The notes under the pieces were generated by a model, which ran no database searches, had not been told where the DNA came from, and worked only from the letters and a program-made list of their open reading frames with translations. A stretch of 64,000 nt of DNA from an uncultured Hormoscilla sp. (GTDB lineage Bacteria; Cyanobacteriota; Cyanobacteriia; Cyanobacteriales; Desertifilaceae). The stretch lies in the NCBI GenBank assembly GCA_963921275.4, contig OZ001293.3:3264001-3328000 (forward strand), read 5' to 3'. This document shows positions 21,816 through 32,703 of this stretch, piece after piece. Made by a program: the position numbers and the translations under genes. How positions within the stretch are numbered: the stretch's first letter is position 1; every line of letters starts with the position of its first letter.

Positions 21816-24800
21816 TTATGCCTCCTATCTTTTCAATAGCTGTATAAAATGGTCCATAGAGTGCCTGCACCAGTTCCCGTTCTCGGGGCGCGATTTCCCT
21901 CTCAGAATCGGTGGCAAAATAAGGACGCAACACTTCTTTGATGCTGACTAACAGACTGGTTATTGGTTCGTCGCCTATATCGTCATTGAATGCAGTGCGC
22001 CGAGCAAAAGCAGCATCGCAGAAAAAGACTTCCGCTTGACAGCCACCCCTTATCAGACGCCAGATCGCCTGCCAGATGGAAACCAACTGATTCCATGTTA
22101 CAGCTTCTCGATCGTTTTCGCGCAGACTGCTGTAAATCATTGGCAAACTCATGAGATGACGCCAGCGAACGTAAGCCTCTTTACGGAATGTATTCCCAAC
22201 TCGATCGAGTGTTAGCAAACCATCCTGCTGTATATCCTGGGTAGTGCTAGTGCTAATATCGCTCTGTTGGGATACAGCACATTGAGCGGTCAGCCATTCG
22301 GTGTCGGCGTAATGTTCGATCGCCCAACGATTGATAGAATGAAGGGCATAGCTGATATCATCGGGACGGGGATGGGGACGCACGAGAAAATAAGCCGCGC
22401 CAATGGCAGCTTTATCCTCATCATTGAGAATATTATGTCCGCGCTCGATCGCCATCAAGGGTGCAATCAAAATCCAAGCACCCGTCTTGTCAAACTGATG
22501 TACGAGTCCCCGTTGTATCCCTCGCTCTCCAGTTCCCCCCTTACTCCATTGCGTACCAAACTCATCATCATCGCGAACCAGACGCAGAACTTGTCCGCGC
22601 CACTCAGATCGAATGTTTTCCAGATGTGTTTGGGCCAGTTTCGCCTGATCGTAACTACCTACAAGCAATAGAATGCGCTGACGCCCAACTTCTAGTTCAT
22701 CTCGTTTTCGCTCTAGTCTACTCGGACCGCCTAAACCGCCTGGTTTTGCCAATTGATTGAGCAGTTCTTTGAGTGCCCCTTCTCGGTCGTGGCTGCCAGA
22801 AACAGTAATTGGTTTGTTCTCTCGATCGTAAAATGGACTGAATTCAAAGTAGCTTTCTTGAATTGCCTGTAATTCTTCCTCGGGCGATCGCAGCACTCCC
22901 GCCACTGGTACCTGTACGTGATATCCCGGTGCTTTTCCTGCCCAACTTGTTCCTGAAAGCAACAAGACTGATGGTCCGGCAATGCCATCGCTGGCAAATA
23001 GTTCGTGCAGGTGCAGTAAGAACCAGCGTCCCACACCCATGCACTTGAAAAACCGCAAATCTCCCGGTCCGCTGTCGCTGGAACTGACATATTGGAAAGC
23101 TAGCACGTTACCCATCGGAGCCACGGGAATCACTCCTTCATAGTCTCTGGGCGGACTGTAGAATAACATCGAACTTTGCTCTTGTAACTTCAGAGGCTCT
23201 TCCACATGTTTCCAGTCCCGCAACATCCGGTAAAGTCGGTTTTGCAGCACTGCCACTAAGAGGGCAAATGGAGTTTGCACTATAGCATGTTCTCGTCGTT
23301 CTTCTGTCAAGGTGACATCAGGCTCTTTATTCTCATCGATCCATTCACCCAGGCGCAGGCGCAGCAGATCATCATCTATAACCGCGATCGCGAGCCGAGT
23401 CAGTTCGCACAGAGGGTTGTTGCTGCGATCGCCGAGGGGATCTCCGATGTAATTATTAAATTCTTCCATCAGTCGGCGATAGCCTTGATGCTTGTCGCGT
23501 GTCTTCTCGCGAGCGCCAGAAAGAGCGATCGCCAACTTGTCTAGAATTAGCCAGTCTGTAAAGTATTCTCTCCGATCGATCCACTCCCTGAGCGCTGGTT
23601 GTGGTTGACTCAGGATGAGGGCATAGATGCGACTCGTTGCCGTCTGCACCATGTCATGGGCTTTGCACCAGCGATCGACATCCGGATCGACCAATTGTCC
23701 GCGTCCCCCTTGATTTAGCTGCTGCACCACTGGTTGCTGAACTTGACTAAACCATCCATCCCCTTTCTGACCGAATAGCTTTTCCCCGGGACTGAACAAA
23801 CTGTCGAGTTGCACTTGCACTTGGTCGGCTTCATCAACAATGACCAAGTCGCTGCGACGATACACTAACTCGGAAAAACGAATGCTTTCCTGGTTTATTT
23901 GTGGCGCGACGCGACTGTAAACTAAGCTAGCTGGCGTAGCAATCCAAATTTTGGCATCCACTAAGTCCCGCTGTACCTGATGAAACGGGCAAGCACTATA
24001 GAGAGGACAAGCATAGGTTTTACTTGTATCTGGTTGTTCTTGTTCTTCATCATCTGATTCACTGGTGGGAGAGAGTGCCAGACAAGGCTGTTTGCCCGTT
24101 AAGAAAGGTTTTGCCACATCCCGACGCAGTTCGCTTAAAGGACAAGCGGTACTCAGCCACCGGAAACCGACGTGTTCTTGATTGAATTTTTCTAAGGGAT
24201 GTTCGGCATTCCAGGCACGGTGCAAGCGGTTAGTATGGCGATCGCGGTTGGATGCACCCAACATGGGAGCAACGGAGATCCCTAAGCGATCGAATAGTCG
24301 AGCGCGGTTCAGGGCCGAGATCACGTCTCCGACGACGATCGTTACGTGGAGTTCCTGTTTAGCAGCCCAAACTGCCAAGATATCCATTAAAGTTGATTTC
24401 CCTGAAGACACCATCCCGATCAGGTGCATCAACCCATTAAATGTTAGCTTCTCAGCACGAGTGAGGGTGTCATCGGAACCAAACAGGTCTAGGCGTACCC
24501 TGGATAGACGTTCTTTCCAGTTACCGTCAGACTGAGTATCCATCCACCGAGCAGTCTCCAGCAAATCTTCCCAAGTAACAGTAATTGTCTGTCTTTGATT
24601 AATCCCCGTCAAGTCGTGACCAGACGGTGGCGGAAATACCAACTCCTCAGCCAGATCGACAGTGACTCGATATTTGCCATCGCTACACTCGTACTTACCA
24701 GCAGTAGCCCATTTAACCGAGTTTTTCCGATGGGGTAGAGGTTCTTCAAGAGTCTTCCCGTGGATGGGGTCGAGCCGGGAATCGCTTCCCGACCCTCCCT

Positions 24801-26032
24801 TGAGGAACCGGACTTGCGATTTTCACCGCATCCGGCTACTGGGTACTAGGCCCTTTTCATAGGTAGACTTAATAGGAATTACTTCCGTTAGCCCTTGCCG
24901 CCTGTCTTTTCTTCCCTTTCCTGGTTTAGCGAGTGGTTGTTCTGATAACCGTTAGTATCACCATTTTCAAGTCAGTTTTACCAGTTATCCATACCTTATC
25001 CTCCACTTGCGTTTCGGATTAGTTCCGTGGCTTTTTAGGATTACTCATTCCAGCAGCTTCCTAGTATCACCGACCCACGTCAGCGCTGGCTACCCAGCAT
25101 CATCTACATTACTGTAGATGTTATCCCAGGAATTACCCCGGGCATTCGCTTCTTGGGCCATCCCTCCCCCCGTGGCTTGCGCTTAACATCTAACTTGTCC
25201 TGATGGACAGCACACGAGAGGTTACTTCGTTCCCTAACAACATTTCGCGATACCTTTAGGTCCACACTATACCCCGGGAGCTATTTGAGTACTATATTAG
25301 CCAGAGTCTAAAACTAATACTAGCTACCATTTCCTTTTTAGGCCAGCGCATATAGCCTTATTTCGCTGGTTCCTTATAACGAGGCTTGCACATGTTTGCC
25401 TGCTCTAACCTTGGATATCTTTCCTAGCGGCGTCACCGGCTTAGGCTGCCAGTTATCCTACATTTGAGTCCTCGCTTAGCACCACGATGATGTCGCTTCG
25501 TAGCACCGAGGACCGGTGTCACCCCCGTACCTGGGGGGAGGGGAATTTAACCCCCATGCGGTCAGAGTTCCCGGCTAATGAAACCGGGCTAGCGTTCCGT
25601 GTTTGACCACGTTAGGCTAGAACGAATCGCACCGACTCGATCGCGGTTAGAACAAATGCTGACTTCCCGGGACGAAAACGGTTCTAGGTTCTCGTCTACA
25701 TTGAAACCTCGCAGAATCTCGTCTACTTGGCGATAGCGCTGCAACGATCGCTCCCAATTGTATTTGCTTCTAAATTGGGTGAGAATATGGCGGGCATTAC
25801 CTAGCATCCGATGTTGTTTTTCACTCCAGTTTGCTGCTGACGCCACGGGAAACGGATAGCCCGTCAGCAACACCCATAGGGCAATGGCCGGGGCATCCGA
25901 GTCCAACTGAGACAAGAGATAAAGCCCCAACTCAATATCACAAAATGTGGAAAAATTCAAATCCGTTGCTGTTTGCTTCAGGCGATCGCGTATTGCTTTC
26001 AGTTTCTCTCGCCATTTACTTGTATCGCGCAT
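21802..26032 (-). CDS. DinG-like SF2 helicase of the pPIWI-RE operon, split by a sense group II intron; exons 26032-25633 and 24761-21802
   Basis: Spliced ORF is 3360 nt / 1119 aa. Walker A GMVSSGKST, VDEAD, LLLSGTS, ERGHNI, and Cys motifs (TACPL, QPC, ACPLYSACP). Confidence 0.85.
24762..25632 (-). mobile_element. ORF-less group II intron A' (871 nt)
   Basis: Appears identical by eye to 13529-14406 except for a 7-nt duplication in that copy. Confidence 0.93.
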
Positions 26033-26281
26033 TTACTTCTTTCTCCCTAGAACGTCGGTACTGATAACCGGGTTTCTGCGAATGGTTCTAACCCAAGCAA
26101 TACTATCTTGCATTTCTAGGCGATCGCGCCACATCCCTACAAACGCTGAATTTTCTAAATTTAACGGTTTTGGTGCTTGTTCGTAGCGTTCCTTGAGAGT
26201 AGCCACAAAATCTAAAACCCGTTGTCGATCTGTTTCAGAAAGGGTGATAAAGTCACTTGTTAAGCGTTCAATATCAAGCAT
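26033..26281 (-). CDS. Small DUF2281-like protein (antitoxin-like)
   Basis: 82 aa: LSETDRQRVLDFVATLK...FVGMWRDR...DSIAWVR. Its stop abuts the helicase ATG (TAAATG). Confidence 0.55.
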   Translation of the reverse strand: MLDIERLTSDFITLSETDRQRVLDFVATLKERYEQAPKPLNLENSAFVGMWRDRLEMQDSIAWVRTIRRNPVISTDVLGRKK

Positions 26282-26450
26282 AAATTTCTCCTTTTTTATG
26301 AAAATTGGGTTCTGACTAACCGCCAAAATCTGCACGACACTCACATGGGATTGGTCGCCATCGCCTGTAGTAACCTTTGAAAACATACTATTTCAGTAAA
26401 CAAACTTTTACTACTCAATTCCAGAAGTCCCGAAGTTTCTAGCTTCTACT

Positions 26451-26950
26451 TTACGGACGATCTAGCTTGCGTTTTACATCTTCAATTAACTCCTTCTCAA
26501 ACTTGGCCTTAATCTGCTTGGGAAGCCCTGTATGGTTGCAAAATGCTCGTTTATAATCGGAACGTTGTTGCTGGCGATCGTCTGGGAAGACGAAGTAACC
26601 TTGCTTCCAAGGTGGGTCGCTGGGAATCAGCGGATCTTGCTGCTTAACTTTCCGTGCCAACAAGAAAGGATCTTTCCAATCTTTAACATCGATCGCCCAT
26701 GCCTCGCCGTCTGGGAAAACAATTCGCAGATCGTAGCTGTCAAAATTAGGCCATAGTTCCACTTGCAGTTCCAACTTTTCCAGTTTATCAGCCAATCGGA
26801 GTTCGGCGCGACCGGGTGCCGCTACAAACCGCCGTGGTCCTCGCTTCAACCAAAGCACTCCCTCTTTTTGGGGAACCTGACGCCACTGGCAATTAGATGT
26901 AAAGTCAACTCGTCGAACGATAGCGCTGGTTCATTGTAGCTAGCAGTCAT
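26451..26950 (-). pseudogene. pPIWI-RE-associated PD-(D/E)XK nuclease, N-terminally truncated
   Basis: PGRAELRL, LWPNFDSYDLRIVFPDGEAWAIDVKDW. The frame closes about 25 codons upstream and no N-terminal domain is recognisable. Confidence 0.78.
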
Positions 26951-27256
26951 TCCACCTCCCGGTATTTATGCAGAATCCACGTACATCTACTATAGCTCGA
27001 CTTGAATAAAAAGTCAACTCTCAATTTCTTCTACCCCAGGACTTACACTCGCTCCCTGTGTCTCGCAGGGAACGAAACATCCCGAGGCTCTGCTCGTGTC
27101 CAGAGACACCCACCCTAATAGGGTGGGTGCTCTCGGACACGACCTCCAGAAATGAAAAATTTGCTCTGCCGACAGGATCTTATCGTGATTGAAGAGGCCA
27201 TTGATAGCCCGCTTCTAACCATGCTGGTCGATCCACGGAGGGTAGTTCAGGCCACG

Positions 27257-27290
27257 AGGGGTTAGGGGTTAGGGGTTAGGGGTTAGGGGT
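27257..27290 (+). repeat. (TTAGGGG)4 heptamer tandem repeat
   Basis: AGGGGTT units read directly from the sequence. Confidence 0.85.
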
Positions 27291-27369
27291 ATTGAGTAAG
27301 CTTGCAAAAAAAAATACTTTATGTGAAAAAAAATTGACTTATTTTTGGCAAAAATAAGCTTAATGTCAA

Positions 27370-27543
27370 AAATAATAAACTTATTTTAGCCAAAAATAAA
27401 TTTATTAAAAACAATAATAAACTTATTTTTTAACAAAATAAGTTTATTATAATTAATAATAAACTTATTTTCGGTCGTAATAAACTTATTTTCGGTCGTA
27501 ATAAACTTATTTTCGGTCGTAATCGACTTATTATCTGTCAACA
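27370..27543. repeat. AT-rich array of 21-bp repeats (AATAAACTTATTTTCGGTCGT x3 plus degenerate copies)
   Basis: Perfect units at 27458-27478, 27479-27499 and 27500-27520. A degenerate fourth unit ends in ...TGTCAACA. Confidence 0.85.
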
Positions 27544-27787
27544 CCCCCAACACCCAACTTGCCTTGGCCAGAGTTGCGACATGCTATGTGGGGTTGTTCT
27601 GCAATAGTTTAACCATTTACTCGATTTTCTCTCCTGGGGCTTGGGGCCTTGGGTTTCGGGCTTAGGGCTTAGGGCCTAACCTAGCCTTGCTCGCCTTTCA
27701 CTACCTTAACCCATTTTCCTTCTGACTGTGAAGTGTTCTACCGAAAAATTTTTTGGGCTTTTTCAACATTACCACTATACTGCACAA

Positions 27788-28482
27788 ACTATAACGTTTG
27801 TCAAGTACCCCTGCTCCAGCTTTTTTGATGCCGAAAATCAAGCTTTTCGGTCGAATCGAAAGGGAATAGCTTGAGTATTGTTGCTCAGTCAAAAGACTAG
27901 ATTAGCGGTCGATGTCTGGTTTGCCGCCTGGTCTCCTGGGTAGTGCGAATAGCGCTCCCAGGAGACACGGCCTGTGTGCCGTAAGCGCTGCGCTGGGGGC
28001 GCAGCCATGTCCCCTGGGACAAGAGCACAACAGGAGATATCGAAACCGAACCCAAACCACCGGTACTCGCTCGCATTTGGTCGAGGCTTCGGGTATCCAC
28101 GAATCCTACAAGTCTGTAAACCTTTGCCTAGTCACCGGTGGACAGAAAAATCGCATTTTAGAGAAGCTTCAGGTATCCACAAATCCTACAAGTCTGTAAA
28201 CCTTTGCCTACTTACCTTCGCTGTATCCTGGGAGCTTGATGTCCCCCGGACGCACGGCGAAACCCGGGGGACATCATACTCGCACTACCCAGGATACAGC
28301 GGTGGTGTCTCTGGACACGAGTGGTTCGTTGTCTCGGATGCAGGGCATCGCCTCATAAGTAGATCGGGCTGGAGGAGCGTTACAATAGCCACAAGAGCGA
28401 TAAAATAAACCGCAACCCTTAGGCCCCCACTACTTACGGCGTCAAAAAAGCTGGAGCAGGGGTACTTGACAAACGTTATAGT
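27788..28482. mobile_element. Non-autonomous element with 46-bp terminal inverted repeats
   Basis: 27788-27833 vs 28437-28482 match 45/46 as an inverted repeat. Internal ~46-bp direct repeat (28085, 28165). No transposase. Confidence 0.75.
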
Positions 28483-28582
28483 GGTAATAATATGTCATGG
28501 CGAGGTCTATTTCCTGTTTATCCAGGGTGTGATCGCTACCGGAGACTCCTTTAATACTTGCAGTTTCTGACATACTGAATTC

Positions 28583-29785
28583 TCAATTTAGTGGTAAGTC
28601 GTCGAACAGGCGCATAAACTTGCGATCGATATAATCTTTCCAAACCCACAGCAGCTTCGAGGGACCGCAACCCCAGTTCCCCCGAGAGGCGATCGCCCGT
28701 CCATCACCGGTGCCAATCAAACTCAAAATCTCCTGCTGAGGTCGATAGGGTTGTAGAGGTTTGGACAGCAACATCTGCTGCAAATTCTCAAACAATGGTT
28801 TTCCCTGACGGACTGCAAATACTCCCGCTTTCGGACGCTGATAATTCTTCATCGTGGCAATGTCCCCAGCGGCAAATACCTGCCCGTAAGAGACCGATTG
28901 CAGGGTATCTTCTACGAGGATAAAACCTGACGAGTCCGTTGTCAACCCCGATTCCCCCAACCAACTGGGTGCTGATGCTTGCGTTACCCAAAAAATGCGA
29001 TCGCACTCAACGGTCAAACCCGACTCGCACCGCACCCGTCCGGACTTGACTTCCGGGGTCTTCCGCGTGCTCTTGTCCTGAAGGACTCGGCCAGACACCG
29101 CGCAAACATTTTCCTGTAAGTGCAGTTGGATACCGCGCTGGAGCAGAATTTTCTCCAGGCGTTGGCGCACCCAGAGATTGTGAGAATTCATCAATTCCCT
29201 GCCCCGATGGAATAAATGAATCTTCACATTTTCTCTGCCGATAACTTTTCTCAGGCGTTGTTGCATTGTCAGCGCTAGTTCTACACCCCCGGCGCCACCA
29301 CCAACAATAGCAATAATTATGGGTTTTGTTCCTTCTGTGGTAACCTCAGATAGCAGTTGATTCCAAGCTTGCAAAAATTGCGGTACGGGTTTGGCGGCAA
29401 TAGCGTAGCGTGTATCTGCTGCACCAGGTACGGATATTTTTGCTGGCGTGCTGCCAATGTCAATGGATAATAAGTCAAAGGTTACTGCTGGGCGATCGGC
29501 ACAGAGGACCCGATGATTTTCTAAGTCTAAACCAATTGCCCGATCGATATAGATCTGGGCTTGAGCAAACTGACAAAGATGTGGCAAGTCAATGTGACAT
29601 TCATCGAAATTATAAAAGCCTGCCACGTGACCCGGAAGCATGCCAGAATAGGGGGTATGGGAACGGTCCGTTATCAGGGTGAGGTGTACCCCTGGTAATG
29701 GGTTGAGGCCAAAGAGGCGCAGGGCGATCGCGTGAGAGTGACCGCCACCAATTAGCACTAAATTCTTAGGGATAGATTGTTTCAT
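28583..29785 (-). CDS. FAD-dependent oxidoreductase (resembles the N-terminal domain of fused SelD proteins)
   Basis: LVLIGGGHSH, YSGMLPG, VGGGAGGVE, FAAGD, PKAGVFAVRQG, WKDYIDRKFM. The start could be at 29839. Confidence 0.85.
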   Translation of the reverse strand: MKQSIPKNLVLIGGGHSHAIALRLFGLNPLPGVHLTLITDRSHTPYSGMLPGHVAGFYNFDECHIDLPHLCQFAQAQIYIDRAIGLDLENHRVLCADRPAVTFDLLSIDIGSTPAKISVPGAADTRYAIAAKPVPQFLQAWNQLLSEVTTEGTKPIIIAIVGGGAGGVELALTMQQRLRKVIGRENVKIHLFHRGRELMNSHNLWVRQRLEKILLQRGIQLHLQENVCAVSGRVLQDKSTRKTPEVKSGRVRCESGLTVECDRIFWVTQASAPSWLGESGLTTDSSGFILVEDTLQSVSYGQVFAAGDIATMKNYQRPKAGVFAVRQGKPLFENLQQMLLSKPLQPYRPQQEILSLIGTGDGRAIASRGNWGCGPSKLLWVWKDYIDRKFMRLFDDLPLN

Positions 29786-29945
29786 AGATCGCTGGCACTG
29801 GTTCAGTTTGATTCCCTTGAGAGTAGACCACAATTTCATTTGCTACGGCAGTAGGAATCACTATAGTCCCTACCATCTTTTGTAGCAAAGATAGATGACC
29901 AATCTTGGCAAAAGCAATCAAAGGAGTGGTATTACTGATCTTCAC
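29766..29945 (-). pseudogene. Truncated DUF3368-like PIN-domain protein
   Basis: SNTTPLIAFAKIGHLSLL...IVIPTAVANEI, only 59 codons. Overlaps the end of the UPF0175 gene. Confidence 0.7.
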
Positions 29946-30228
29946 CTATGTCGCCTCGCAAATGAGCAATTCCCCTTAATTCTACCTCTAGTTCCGATTC
30001 ATCATAATCGAAAATCCCTATCCCTTTACTGGCTAAAATTTCCATAAATTCCAGGCGGTTAATTCCGGCCAATTCTGCCGCTTTTCCGAGAGATAGTTTT
30101 TTTTCTTGAAAATAAGCGATCGCTGCCAGCAGTTCGATCTGATGTTTTAACTCAGCGCTGTCTATTTTTAAGGCTGCCAGTAGATTAAGAGGAACTTCAA
30201 AAGTAATGGTTTCTGTCTTCATAGCCAA
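29932..30228 (-). CDS. UPF0175 family protein
   Basis: 98 aa with AIAYFQEKKLSLGKAAELAGINRLEFMEIL. Confidence 0.8.
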   Translation of the reverse strand: MAMKTETITFEVPLNLLAALKIDSAELKHQIELLAAIAYFQEKKLSLGKAAELAGINRLEFMEILASKGIGIFDYDESELEVELRGIAHLRGDIGEDQ

Positions 30229-30419
30229 TCCCTGCTATCATCTAACAATCTTATCACACTTTCTCACCTATTGTCAACGATCGCCCCTGAGGGGAATCTC
30301 GATCGCCAGTCACCTCGGGCGCATCTCACTTTTGTAATCTAGCCCGCGCAGGCGGGCTTTGTTCGCGTAGCCGGGCCCTTTAGGGTTCGGGCGGCTAAGC
30401 AAATATGAGATGCACCCGT

Positions 30420-30792
30420 CACTTCCTCACCAAAAGCGACTATTTCTGCTTCAGCACCAGCAAAGTAATATCATCATATACTTTTTGCGCTCCCATATGC
30501 CGCCGTCCGACCGCTTCGATAAGACCATCTGTTGCAATTTTTGAGTCATCTCTAGTTCCGCACTCATGCGCATATTTTCCGCTTTGAGTCTCTCATTTAG
30601 TTTCGTAATTTTCTGGTTCGCTGCGGCCAATTGGGCCGTGGGATTGGCCACATTTTGTTCCAGAGTCTGGTAGAACTGGGCATAATCGCGATCGTTTTCA
30701 TCTATTTTCCCTTCTACTGCAATCCCCGGTCCCTTGACAGGTATGATCTGATAGGATATCATACTTGTCAAGGGACACAGAATAGTAATCAT
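30420..30792 (-). pseudogene. SpoIIE/PP2C-type phosphatase remnant
   Basis: LKAENMRMSAELE..KLQQMVL joined by a deletion to a terminal KVYDDITLLVLKQ in another frame. Confidence 0.65.
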
Positions 30793-31018
30793 ATTTTGCT
30801 CATCTCTTCTTCACCGTTGAACAGGATATCTACCTTGGCAGCAGTCCGACTCTCTCTACTTTACCAATAAATATCTCATTATTAGTTACCCAAATGTTAA
30901 ATTATATTAATTTCTCTATTAAGTTTTATTATCTCTACAGGCGATCGCCTTGCAGCAACCGGAGCATGTCAAGTTTTAGAATTGCTAATTGAGAATTGCT
31001 AATTGAGAATATCTCTAA

Positions 31019-32490
31019 CTACGAACTACGAACCGCGCAGGCGGAGTTTGCAGCCTGGTTGCGAGGAACGAAGCAATCTCGAACTACTCCCCTCCGAGAG
31101 GAATGGAGATCGCAACTCTGTACCAACAGGGAGGAGCTACACTTAAGTTTACCACCATATTTATCCTCGACAATCTGCCGAGAGATAGACAACCCCAACC
31201 CCGTCCCCTTGCCTGGGGGTTTAGTAGTGAACAAATGCTCGAATACGCTTGCTTGCACTGACTCTGACATGTCCGGACCATTATTTTTAATCCTGATCGC
31301 CAGATATTGACTGCCATTGTCGCAATTTCCGTGCTAATAGTAATCTGATTGGGTTCAGCCTTAATTTGCTCGTAACTCCGTCCCTGATCATACTCATCCA
31401 GGGCATCAATGGCATTCTTCATCAGATTCATAAACACTTGTCCGAGATAGCATGGGACTTCTGGCAACTCACCATAGTTTTTGACGATCTGAATTGACGG
31501 GCGGTTTTGGTTAGCTTTCAGGCGATGGCTTAAAATCATCAGGGTGCTGTCAATGCCGTAGCTGTGTCTCCCCTTTTGTGCGGCTATGATGTCCCCCGGG
31601 TTTCGACGATGCCTGAGGGGTTGCCTGCGTTGCATCCCGATTTTTCCGGAACGGTAGGCATCGAAGTGCGTCCGGGGGACGCAGTGGATGTTAAACTTTA
31701 CCTTGCTAACAGTATCAGCACGGGAGAAGGTTCCCATGCAGTGGCTAATTTGAGTAATGCGGTTTGTCCCTGCTTGCATGGATTCTATCATTTCTGGCAA
31801 ATCTTTGACTAGGTACTCTAAGTCAATAGCTTCCATCTCCTCCGATATTTCGGCCACGGGATGGGGATAATGTTTTTGGTAGAGATCGATCGGGTTGATT
31901 AAATCTTGGACACACTCGCGGGCATGACTGATATTGCCAGCGATGGAGCTGACTGAGTTGTTGATTTCGTGGGCAACCCCTGCGGCTAATTGACCAACTG
32001 TTGCCATCTTTTCATTTTGGACAAGCTGAAGTTGCATTTCTTGGAGTTGTTGCAGAGATTGTTTTAGCTGCTGTAGTTTTGTGACTGCCGATCGAGTTGG
32101 ACGTTCTCTAAGGAGATGGCAGCTTGAGCGCAGAGGATCTGCAAAACTTCCACCCGATCGCCTGTAAAGGCCCCAGTTACCAGATTGTTTTCCAGGTACA
32201 GGATCCCGATCACCTTACCTTGACGAATAATCGGACTACATTCGATGTCCCCCAGAGGGGACGCTTTCGGTGTCCCCCGGGAGCGCACTTTCCCAGGCAG
32301 AGCCGTGGGAACGAGGAGGCTGTGGGGGACACCGAACTCGCACTACCCCAGAGACATCCAGTACAGATTTGAGTTGATGCTCTATGATGTAGGGGTCACC
32401 CGCCCAGGTAGTCTCTTTGCTAGCATCCTTGACAACTACAGTTTTCCCCTCCGCATCAAGTCTCCAGGCTGGCCTCAAGGGAAGCAACGG
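31019..32490 (-). pseudogene. GAF + histidine kinase remnant
   Basis: GILYLENNL...QAAISLEN, GQLAAGVAHEINN, FTTKPPGKGTGLGL. Frameshifts and inserted hairpin elements. Confidence 0.8.
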
Positions 32491-32703
32491 AAACCTCTTT
32501 ACCGTCGTCTATTTGTTAAAAAAGGGAAAATTTTTAATACTTCTTGAAAAAATTAGTTAAATCAGACAACTTTTTCGCTGTACTCCCGAATCGACCTTAT
32601 TACCTTCTCAGTACCGGTACCTGAGTAAATTGCTCAAGGATATTATCAAAAAACAGTAGCTCAATATAGTAAGAGAGAATTAAGAGGAACTAGAGATTGA
32701 ACT

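Noticed and set aside
27257..27290. Telomere or eukaryotic contamination
   Set aside because: Only four units, embedded in cyanobacterial sequence where short tandem heptamers are common.
27458..27541. CRISPR array
   Set aside because: The 21-bp repeats are directly adjacent with no spacers, and no cas genes are present.
28583..29839. selD call
   Set aside because: Only the FAD oxidoreductase part is present, with no selenophosphate synthetase domain.
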